Made by a program: the position numbers and the translations under genes. The notes beneath the pieces were generated by a model that saw only the letters and a program-made list of their open reading frames with translations, had not been told where the DNA came from and searched no databases. 32,000 nucleotides of DNA from Schaalia meyeri (GTDB taxonomy: Bacteria > Actinomycetota > Actinomycetes > Actinomycetales > Actinomycetaceae): positions 1 through 32,000 of the forward strand of contig NZ_FNLK01000001.1 of the NCBI RefSeq assembly GCF_900105015.1, written 5' to 3'. Position 1 is the first letter of the stretch. Each line of letters starts with the position of its first letter. This document shows positions 1-6,665 of this stretch, piece after piece.

Positions 1-24
1 ACACCTGCCGGGGCTCCGCCCACG

Positions 25-792
25 ATGCCCCCTGCGGATGCACCGATGCGTGACCAGGACATCTACCGCGCAGACCTCCAAGAGCACCGGGAACAGGTTC
101 AGCGAGCCATCGACTTCGAGGAACTCCGCAAGCAAGCATTAGGAGTACGCGCAGATCTTGAGGACTGGGTGCGCAAACACCTGTTGTCGGTTCAGTCGAA
201 ACCACCGAAGTCGTTCCTGAAGTACTTTGACGAGGAACGCAACGAATATATGAGCAGACCCTGGCAGCTAGGGGTAATCGGAACTGATATTGGGTATGCC
301 ACTCGCGCCGCGTATCGGGAGGACGCCCTCGCCAGAAGCGCATCGGACGTCACCAAACTCATGAGACTCCCCGGATTAAGCCAAATACGCCCAGTTATGG
401 ACTTCAAGCTGAAGAAGGCTGTAGAAAACGGCCACCGCTATGACGCAGCTCGATCCACATCATCGAAGGTATCCACAGGAGCAACGGTCGTATCAGGCGC
501 CGTTCTTGCGTACGACATTGCAACATCAGACGAGCCGGGGAAGACTGCTGTCGCAGGCGGCGCAGGAATGTTCTTGGGAGCAGCCACAGGATCGTTGGCT
601 AGCAATTTCATTACACAACGCCTAGGGAGCGCAGCTTTGGGCGCTGTAATCGGTGGTCCTTTGGGCCTCGCTGCAGGCTTCGTGGCCACCGCAGCCACTT
701 CAGCAGCTTACGACCAGATTCCTCTGGAGTATCGTGAGCGTGTCGACAACGCCCTGTGGCACTGGCCGTACTACATCGGGATGGGGTGGTGA
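25..792 (+). CDS. Glycine-zipper membrane protein, probably the C-terminal part of a larger protein; candidate pore-forming polymorphic-toxin C-terminal domain
   Basis: The frame is open from nt 1 with no stop before the ATG at 25, so the gene may start left of the window. The N-terminal part is charged and helical (RDQDIYRADLQEHREQVQRAIDFEELRKQ). Residues ~172-228 (nt ~538-708) are consecutive GxxxG repeats: GGAGMFLGAATGS...GSAALGAVIGGPLGLAAGFVATAATSAAY. It ends PLEYRERVDNALWHWPYYIGMGW*. The stop TGA (790-792) lies 1 nt before the GTG of the next gene. Confidence 0.6.
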   Translation: MPPADAPMRDQDIYRADLQEHREQVQRAIDFEELRKQALGVRADLEDWVRKHLLSVQSKPPKSFLKYFDEERNEYMSRPWQLGVIGTDIGYATRAAYREDALARSASDVTKLMRLPGLSQIRPVMDFKLKKAVENGHRYDAARSTSSKVSTGATVVSGAVLAYDIATSDEPGKTAVAGGAGMFLGAATGSLASNFITQRLGSAALGAVIGGPLGLAAGFVATAATSAAYDQIPLEYRERVDNALWHWPYYIGMGW

Positions 793-793
793 C

Positions 794-1636
794 GTGCGCT
801 GGCACCCATATATTCACCTAACCCTGAAGAGCGCACCGCCAGATCCCCAGAGCCAAGATAAGCAGGCATATGGCTATTGGAAGAATGCGGTTCTTGTCCT
901 GTTTTTTTCGGTTGCACTTACCCTCACTCTTTACGCATCCTCCATGAGGAAACCTATTGACCCCCGTGCGGTAATGTTCGTCTGCTTTCCGCTATTTATT
1001 TTTACGCAACTCCCTTTCTTGGCTGAAAGGAGCGTGCGCCCCTTCGCCCCGTCTCGCCCTCGATACGAGGGTGGTGCCATCGTCATACCAGGAAACCGAG
1101 AGTCCATCGCTCGCATCATCAGTGCGTATTTTCTGGGGATAGCAGCCGTAGCAGTACTGGTATACGGCTTCGTGACCCACTACCCCCTACAAGCTGCAAC
1201 ATACGCGGCGGTAGCGCTATTTGTGATCTACTGGGACGGGACTCGTCGTCCGATTTCGGATCTGTTGATCGCTTTGCGCGACAGGCAAACGACCACGCTC
1301 ACGCCCGAAGGGATCTCCTTTCACTTCCCACAACCACCATCCATTGAGGAAAATGACCACGACACGGATGTGACGATCCTCTGGAAAGACAACGTACATG
1401 TCTTTTCAATTATCCACGACGACTTGAACCTCTTCGGCAACACAACACACCCCGGCCCCTGGAGCATCTGCTCCCACCACATCGGCATCACCTACACCGG
1501 GCTCGATACCCTCATGCGACACTTCAACGACCACCCACAGGACCGCCCACTCCTCGCCACACCCAACGGCCTCGACCTGGTCAACCAAATCCTCACCAAA
1601 GCACACAAAACCATCACCAACCCCACAAAACAATAG
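794..1636 (+). CDS. Polytopic membrane protein (about 4 TM helices plus ~130-aa soluble C-terminal domain), paralog 1; candidate immunity protein
   Basis: The GTG at 794 sits in the junction TGGTGACGTG and is preceded by GGGATGGGGTGG. The track ORF 653..1636 overlaps the upstream gene, and similarity to the paralog starts exactly at VRWHPYIH. Hydrophobic segments: NAVLVLFFSVALTLTLYA, AVMFVCFPLFIFTQLPFLA, IARIISAYFLGIAAVAVLVYGFV, LQAATYAAVALFVIYW. The C-terminal domain is beta-rich (TTTLTPEGISFHF...VTILWK...HIGITYTG). Length is 280 aa, identical to paralog 2. Confidence 0.7.
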   Translation: MRWHPYIHLTLKSAPPDPQSQDKQAYGYWKNAVLVLFFSVALTLTLYASSMRKPIDPRAVMFVCFPLFIFTQLPFLAERSVRPFAPSRPRYEGGAIVIPGNRESIARIISAYFLGIAAVAVLVYGFVTHYPLQAATYAAVALFVIYWDGTRRPISDLLIALRDRQTTTLTPEGISFHFPQPPSIEENDHDTDVTILWKDNVHVFSIIHDDLNLFGNTTHPGPWSICSHHIGITYTGLDTLMRHFNDHPQDRPLLATPNGLDLVNQILTKAHKTITNPTKQ

Positions 1637-1643
1637 AAAATAC

Positions 1644-1766
1644 ATGGACGCCACGCCGCAAAAAACGCATCTCCAGGTGACCCCATCCGCCCGGCATATT
1701 CCAAACGACAAACGTGTCGACAAGGCCCTGTGGCACTGGCCGTACTACATTGGACTGGGGTGGTGA
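1644..1766 (+). pseudogene. Orphan 3' relic of the upstream glycine-zipper gene (40-codon ORF keeping only the tail RVDKALWHWPYYIGLGW)
   Basis: By hand: ATG 1644 ... TGA 1764-1766 gives MDATPQKTHLQVTPSARHIPNDKRVDKALWHWPYYIGLGW. The last 17 codons (1713-1763) are near-identical in nucleotides to 739-789. The same TGGTGACGTG stop/start junction follows. There is no TM or glycine zipper and only a weak RBS. Confidence 0.45.
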
Positions 1767-1767
1767 C

Positions 1768-2610
1768 GTGCGCTGGCACCCATACATTCACCCACCCCAT
1801 AAGGACATACCGCCAGATCCCCTGAGCCAGGACAGACACGCTCGACGGTACTGGATGGGCGTCGTCATCCTCGTCCTTGTCAGCTTGGCGCTGCCAACAG
1901 GTGCCTACGCCTTCGGGCTGGCAGACCCCACCTACCCACCGACCGTGATGCTCCTCCTGTCCTTCCCTGGCGCGGTAGCGGCATCACTCCCACAGCTCAT
2001 CGAAAGGAGTGTCCGCCCCTTCGCTCCCTCCCGGCCTCGATACGTCGATAGCGCGATCGTCATACGAGGAAACCACGACTCGATCGCCCACATGATCAGC
2101 GTTTACTTGCTGGGAATAGCGGCCGCAGCACTACTGATATACGGCTTGATCACCCGATACCCCCTGCAGGCAGCAACCTACGCCGGATTGGTAGTCTTTG
2201 CGCTGTACTGGGATGGGATCCGACGCCCCTTCTCAGACCTGCCGATGGCCCTGCGCCACAAACAGACGACCACGCTCACACCCGAGGGAATCGTCTTCCA
2301 CTTCCCTCCGCCCCTATCGTTTGAAAGCCACGAGCGCGACGCGGAAGTGACGATCCTGTGGAAGCAAGGCATCCACATTGAGTCAGTCGAGGAACACATC
2401 ATCTATCTCAGCAACCTCTCGCACGAAGGCCCATGGGACCTCTGCGCCGACCACATCGGCATCACCTACACGGGCATTGACGCCATCATGCGCCACTTCA
2501 ACGACCACCCACAGGACCGCCCACTCCTCGCCACACCCAACGGCCTCGACCTGGTCAACCAAATCCTCACCAAAGCACACAAAACCATCACCAACCCCAC
2601 AAACAAATAG
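1768..2610 (+). CDS. Polytopic membrane protein, paralog 2 of 794..1636; candidate immunity protein
   Basis: The GTG at 1768 is exactly 974 nt after the GTG at 794. It is 280 aa and collinear with paralog 1 without indels. Shared blocks: ERSVRPFAPSRPRY, YPLQAATYA, QTTTLTPEGI, VTILWK, HIGITYTG, and an identical C-terminal ~36 aa. The TM1-TM2 region and the middle of the soluble domain are strongly diverged. Confidence 0.7.
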   Translation: MRWHPYIHPPHKDIPPDPLSQDRHARRYWMGVVILVLVSLALPTGAYAFGLADPTYPPTVMLLLSFPGAVAASLPQLIERSVRPFAPSRPRYVDSAIVIRGNHDSIAHMISVYLLGIAAAALLIYGLITRYPLQAATYAGLVVFALYWDGIRRPFSDLPMALRHKQTTTLTPEGIVFHFPPPLSFESHERDAEVTILWKQGIHIESVEEHIIYLSNLSHEGPWDLCADHIGITYTGIDAIMRHFNDHPQDRPLLATPNGLDLVNQILTKAHKTITNPTNK

Positions 2611-2619
2611 GAAATCCAC

Positions 2620-2769
2620 ATGAGCACCAAGAAACGCGTCCTCATTACGATCATCGTCGCCGTCCTCGTCGGAATCGTCATCTTCCCCATGCTCCCCCTC
2701 GAATATCGGGAACGCATTACCGCCATCCTCACCCACCCCCTGTACTACCTCGGCCTGGGACGCTGGTAA
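2620..2769 (+). CDS. 49-aa single-pass membrane mini-protein carrying the same C-terminal tail motif as the glycine-zipper protein
   Basis: By hand: ATG 2620 ... TAA 2767-2769 gives MSTKKRVLITIIVAVLVGIVIFPMLPLEYRERITAILTHPLYYLGLGRW. It has a KKR anchor, one TM helix, then PLEYRER-x8-HPLYYLGLGRW. That parallels PLEYRERVDNALWHWPYYIGMGW at the end of 25..792. It is too short for the ORF track, and GGAAA lies 6 nt upstream. Confidence 0.45.
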   Translation: MSTKKRVLITIIVAVLVGIVIFPMLPLEYRERITAILTHPLYYLGLGRW

Positions 2770-2779
2770 CCCCTAGCCC
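2732..2779. repeat. 48-bp direct repeat, copy 1 (3' end of the mini-ORF plus CCCCTAGCCC)
   Basis: CCCACCCCCTGTACTACCTCGGCCTGGGA[C]GCTGGTAACCCCTAGCCC. It differs at one base (C/T) from 3765-3812, which lies 1033 bp downstream. Confidence 0.9.
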
Positions 2780-2857
2780 CACGGTCAATCGCGAGCCGTT
2801 GGCACATACGGGGGATTCTCCGGCGAAAAGTTCCGATCGCGGTGGCACACTGAGACC

Positions 2858-3739
2858 ATGACCGACACGAACACGCTCAAGACAGCCCCGGCCTCGTCCC
2901 TGCCAACCCTCGCCATCACCGGCGCCTCCGGGAACGTCGGTGGGACCGCCGCGCGCACCCTTGTCGCCCGGGGGAAATCCCTGCGCCTGCTGGCACACAC
3001 GCCCTCGCGGGCCCCCAAGCTGCCCGGTTCCGTCGCCGTTCAGTGCTCGTACGAGGACACCCCGGCCTCGCGCGCAGCCCTCACCGGCGTCGATACCCTC
3101 TTCATGGTGTCGGCACCCGAGAGCGAGCACCGCCTGCTCAAACATCTCGCGTTCGTCGACGCAGCTGCCGCGTCAGGCGTGCGACACATCGTGTACCTGT
3201 CGTTCATGAATGCGGCCCCCAACTCGACGTTCACGCTGGCACGCACGCACTTTCACACGGAGGAACACATCAAGGCCTCCGGCATGACGTACACGTTCCT
3301 TCGGGACAACTTTTACGCGGACTTCTTTTCTGCCCTGCCTGACGAGGAAGGCCGTATTCTCGGGCCCGCCGGGGACGGGCGCGTTGGCGTGGTCTCGCGC
3401 GAGGACGCGGGTCGCGTGGCAGCCGGAGTCCTCGCAGAACCCGGCAAATACGAGAACCAGACGCTGGACGTGACCGGCCCGCAGGCCCTCACCCTCGACG
3501 AGATCGCGCAGGTCCTCACCCGCACGACGGGCCGTCCCGTCGTATACGTGCGCGAAACCGTTGACGAGGCGTATGAATCCCGCAAAAAGTGGCCCGCCGC
3601 CCAGTGGGAATACGACTCGTGGGTGTCCACATACACGTCGATCGCCGCAGGCGAGATGGACGTCGTCTCCACGACGGTCCGCGACGTGACGGGCCACGAA
3701 CCCCTAAGCTTTGAAGATGTAGCGCTCGGCCAGGCCTGA
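2858..3739 (+). CDS. NmrA-family / atypical SDR NAD(P)H-binding protein
   Basis: N-terminal Rossmann motif LAITGASGNVGGTAARTLVARG. The ~290-aa length and overall pattern (VDTLFMVS..., VRHIVYLSF) are typical of NmrA/YtfG-like NAD(P)H-binding proteins. Confidence 0.8.
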   Translation: MTDTNTLKTAPASSLPTLAITGASGNVGGTAARTLVARGKSLRLLAHTPSRAPKLPGSVAVQCSYEDTPASRAALTGVDTLFMVSAPESEHRLLKHLAFVDAAAASGVRHIVYLSFMNAAPNSTFTLARTHFHTEEHIKASGMTYTFLRDNFYADFFSALPDEEGRILGPAGDGRVGVVSREDAGRVAAGVLAEPGKYENQTLDVTGPQALTLDEIAQVLTRTTGRPVVYVRETVDEAYESRKKWPAAQWEYDSWVSTYTSIAAGEMDVVSTTVRDVTGHEPLSFEDVALGQA

Positions 3740-3764
3740 CGAGGGGGACACCCCCATTTTATCG

Positions 3765-3812
3765 CCCACCCCCTGTACTACCTCGGCCTGGGATGCTGGT
3801 AACCCCTAGCCC
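3765..3812. repeat. 48-bp direct repeat, copy 2 (non-coding relic HPLYYLGLGCW*, overlapping the stop codon of the ROK gene on the other strand)
   Basis: Same 48-mer as 2732-2779 with one mismatch. No start codon lies upstream in frame. The relic is in frame with, and 27 nt after, the TGA of the NmrA-like gene. The CTA at 3806-3808 inside the repeat is the stop of the minus-strand ROK gene. Confidence 0.9.
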
Positions 3813-5128
3813 AGCCAGGAAGCCGGATCATCCACCAACGCATCCAGCACGCGATACGCAGCACCCCGCACCGTCAGGGAGGCCGAATCCGGCAGCACTT
3901 CCACCACGGGCAACGACCACGGTGCCTGCAGCGTGCGTGTCGCGATCTCCGCCCGCGCGGGCTCCAACAGGGCCACGCTCAGCTCAGCGACCGCTCCCCC
4001 CAACACCACGTGCGGGATGTCCATCGCGTTAATCACCCCGGACAGCACACGCCCCAACGCCGCACCAGCCTCCGCCAGCACGGAACGCGCGTACGCCGCG
4101 TCCGCTGCACGCTCCCCCGTTCCGGGCCGTTCAGCCACGGCCTCGTCGATCAGGCCAGCGCACCGCAGGATCCCGCGCGCCCCCGAACCCGGGGAAGCAC
4201 CCACGCGTCCCGCCAGCGCGCGCACGCCCACGTACGCTTCCAAACACCCGCGCGCACCACACCGACACAGCGGCCCGTTCGGGTCCACGCACATATGTCC
4301 GATCTCGCCTGACCAGGAGCGCGCGCCGCTCATCGGGCGGTAATCCACGATCACTCCCGCGCCGACGCCCACTTCGCCCGACACGTACACGAACGACGGC
4401 GGGCCGCCCGCCACGCCCGGACGCGAATAGGCCACCGCGTATGCCGCCAAGTCCGCCTCGTTTGCGACCACCACGGGATGCAGATCGCCCAAGGGAGCCA
4501 GCAGCTCCTCGTGCGGCACGTCCCGCCACCCCAGGTTCGGGGCCAGCGCCAGCATCGTTCTAGAAACCAGGCCGGGCAGCCCGATGCCCGTCCCCAAGAA
4601 CAGGGCCTCTTTGGGCAGGGACTCGTCCATCATGGTGCGCGCCTCGCGGGCCGCGAGCGCCATCGTGTCATCCGGTGAGCTGTCGGCAAAATCCTGGGTG
4701 ACGCGGCGGTGGGCCAGCTCCTCCCCGGTCAGATCCACCAGCATCACGTCGAGGCTCGCGACGTCGATCTCCACGCCCAACGCGGCCGCCCTCCCCGCCG
4801 CTGGGGTCAGACGGTTCGCGGGTCGGCCACGGCTTCCATCCTCGCTCGGCTCCAGCTCACGGACGAGGCCCCCGCCCACCAGGTCATCAACGAGGCGTGA
4901 GATCGTCGCCCGCGTCATCCCGGTTCGCTGCGCCAGGCCCGCGCGCGTCACGTCGCCCGGGGAGGCTAAGATTTCGCGCAACACCGTCGACAGGTTCGAT
5001 GCGCGCACGTTTTCCGACTTCACACCCTGGCCTCTCGTGGCCCCGCCGCGCTCTGCCGGACGCTGCGCCACGGCCGCGCTGCGGCCGCGACAGATTGGGT
5101 CGTCGATGGAATCGGAACGGGTCGGCAT
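3806..5128 (-). CDS. xylR: ROK-family transcriptional repressor, xylose-repressor-like
   Basis: N-terminal winged HTH (NLSTVLREILASPGDVTRAGLAQRTGMTRATISRLVDDLV). ROK sugar-kinase-like domain with the zinc motif GHMCVDPNGPLCRCGARGCLEAY. It is divergent from xylA-xylB. The start is uncertain; an in-frame GTG near 5023 is an alternative. Confidence 0.85.
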   Translation of the reverse strand: MPTRSDSIDDPICRGRSAAVAQRPAERGGATRGQGVKSENVRASNLSTVLREILASPGDVTRAGLAQRTGMTRATISRLVDDLVGGGLVRELEPSEDGSRGRPANRLTPAAGRAAALGVEIDVASLDVMLVDLTGEELAHRRVTQDFADSSPDDTMALAAREARTMMDESLPKEALFLGTGIGLPGLVSRTMLALAPNLGWRDVPHEELLAPLGDLHPVVVANEADLAAYAVAYSRPGVAGGPPSFVYVSGEVGVGAGVIVDYRPMSGARSWSGEIGHMCVDPNGPLCRCGARGCLEAYVGVRALAGRVGASPGSGARGILRCAGLIDEAVAERPGTGERAADAAYARSVLAEAGAALGRVLSGVINAMDIPHVVLGGAVAELSVALLEPARAEIATRTLQAPWSLPVVEVLPDSASLTVRGAAYRVLDALVDDPASWLG

Positions 5129-5302
5129 GCATTCAGGCTACCGTGTCGAGGGTTGGTACACGGATGGACGGCGCTGGTAGCATCGGGCAGCCCCGGGCCA
5201 TATCGACGAGGTGGTCGCACGGGTCCTCGTCCCGTTTCTTCAGCGTTCAAGCCGGTCAGCACGGCCATCGCGCCGCGCGGTCCTTGCAGTGGTGACACGC
5301 TC

Positions 5303-5331
5303 TTGACGAACGCACCACCACGTATTATGTT
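5303..5331 (+). promoter_or_regulatory. Candidate xylA promoter inside the only AT-rich patch of the xylR-xylA intergenic region
   Basis: TTGACG (5303-5308), 17 nt, TATGTT (5326-5331). The following AT-rich stretch TTTTACCCTACAACAAATATTCTG is a plausible operator zone, but I could not find a clean palindrome. Confidence 0.3.
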
Positions 5332-5459
5332 TTACCCTACAACAAATATTCTGCGACGAAGCTAACACGTCTGTAGCGCGACGCTCATCCCCATTTCGCA
5401 CCCCGGGCATCCCGGACCATCTCACCCACCTGGACACTGACGTTTGAAAGGACACCACC

Positions 5460-6641
5460 ATGACACGCACACCCACCCGCGACGACAAGTTCTCCTTCGG
5501 CCTGTGGACCGTCGGCTGGAACGCGGTCGACCCCTTCGGGACGGGCACCCGCCCCGTCCTGGATCCCTGGGAGTACACGGCAAAGCTCGCGGAGATTGGC
5601 GCGTGGGGCATCACCTTCCACGACAACGACGTGTTTGACTTCGACGCGTCGGACCAAGAGCGCCACGATCGCGTCATGAAGGTCAAGGAAGCCGCGGACG
5701 CCGCCGGGCTGGTCATCGAGATGGTCACGACCAACACCTTCACCCACCCCGTATTCAAGGACGGGGGCCTGACCAACAATGATCGCTCGATCCGCCGTTT
5801 CGGCCTGCGCAAGATCCTGCGCAACATCGACCTGGCGGCCGAGATGGGCGCGTCGACCTTCGTCATGTGGGGTGGGCGCGAGGGCGCGGAGTACGACTCC
5901 TCAAAGGACCTGAACGCCGCATTTGCCCGCTACCGGGAGGGCCTGGACACGGTTGCCGCTTACATCAAGTCACGCGGTTACGACCTGCGGATCGGCCTGG
6001 AACCGAAGCCGAATGAGCCTCGCGGCGACATCTTCCTGCCCACGGTCGGCCACGCGCTGGCCCTGATCGCACAGCTGGATAACGGCGATATCGTGGGCCT
6101 GAATCCAGAGACGGGCCACGAGCAGATGGCCGGCCTGAACTACACGCACGCGCTGGCTCAGGCCCTGAACGCGGACAAACTCTTCCACATCGACCTGAAC
6201 GGGCAGTCAGGCATCAAGTACGACCAAGACAAGGCCTTTGGTCACGGCGACCTGGCCAGCGCATTCTTTACGGTCGACCTGCTGGAGAACGGCTTCCCGG
6301 GCGGCGGCCCCCGCTACGAGGGACCTCGCCACTTCGACTACAAGCCGAGCCGCACGGAGGGCATGGTAGGCGTGTGGGAGTCCGCGCGCGCGAACATGGA
6401 AATGTACCTGACGCTGGCGCAGAAGGCCCGCGCGTTCCGCGAGGATCCGGCGACCCGAGAGCTGCTGGAGGCGGCATCGGTTCCCGAGCTGGCTCAGCCC
6501 ACGCTCGCGGTGGGCGAATCCATCGAGGACTTCCTGGCCGACCGCAGCGCTTACGAGGACTTCGACGCTGACGCGGCGGGCGCGCGCGAGTACCACTTCG
6601 TGGAGCTGTACCAGCAGGCGATGCGTCACCTGATCGGCTGA
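5460..6641 (+). CDS. xylA: Xylose isomerase (short class I, actinobacterial type)
   Basis: 393 aa. N-terminus is [19 protein letters not shown]. Also present: [18 protein letters not shown] and [13 protein letters not shown], characteristic of class I XylA. RBS GAAAGGA lies upstream. Confidence 0.97.
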   Translation: MTRTPTRDDKFSFGLWTVGWNAVDPFGTGTRPVLDPWEYTAKLAEIGAWGITFHDNDVFDFDASDQERHDRVMKVKEAADAAGLVIEMVTTNTFTHPVFKDGGLTNNDRSIRRFGLRKILRNIDLAAEMGASTFVMWGGREGAEYDSSKDLNAAFARYREGLDTVAAYIKSRGYDLRIGLEPKPNEPRGDIFLPTVGHALALIAQLDNGDIVGLNPETGHEQMAGLNYTHALAQALNADKLFHIDLNGQSGIKYDQDKAFGHGDLASAFFTVDLLENGFPGGGPRYEGPRHFDYKPSRTEGMVGVWESARANMEMYLTLAQKARAFREDPATRELLEAASVPELAQPTLAVGESIEDFLADRSAYEDFDADAAGAREYHFVELYQQAMRHLIG

Positions 6642-6665
6642 TCGACTGATCGGCGAGGGAGTTAT

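Larger units (their letters stand above)
739..2686. repeat. Two-unit tandem duplication, period exactly 974 bp (unit 1 ~739-1712, unit 2 ~1713-2686)
   Basis: Nt 739-815 match 1713-1789 with only a handful of mismatches. Nt 1520-1629 are identical to 2494-2603 (110 nt, checked base by base). Start and stop codons of the two paralogs are both offset by 974. The interior is much more diverged. Confidence 0.85.

Noticed and set aside
653-793. N-terminal extension of paralog 1 back to 653, and of paralog 2 back to 1714, as given in the ORF track
   Set aside because: The extensions overlap the upstream coding or tail sequence in another frame. The similarity between them only reflects nucleotide identity of the duplicated tail. 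The conserved GTG in the TGGTGACGTG junction is the more parsimonious start.
2795-2850. Two TGGCAC motifs upstream of the NmrA-like gene as sigma-54 (-24) elements
   Set aside because: Neither is followed by the required TTGC (-12) element at the correct spacing.
721-3802. The recurring tail sequence as a CRISPR-like or REP-like array
   Set aside because: There are only four copies at irregular spacing (~970-1030 bp). Each is in a coding context ending at a stop codon. There are no short uniform spacers.
2732-3812. Direct repeats flanking the NmrA-like gene as target-site duplications of an IS or transposon
   Set aside because: There is no transposase, integrase or terminal inverted repeat inside. 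At 48 bp the repeat is far longer than typical target-site duplications. It is reported as a repeat-bracketed cassette of unknown mechanism instead.
5240-5866. 208-aa minus-strand ORF spanning the xylA promoter and 5' end
   Set aside because: It overlaps the highly conserved xylA N-terminus on the other strand and has no family resemblance.
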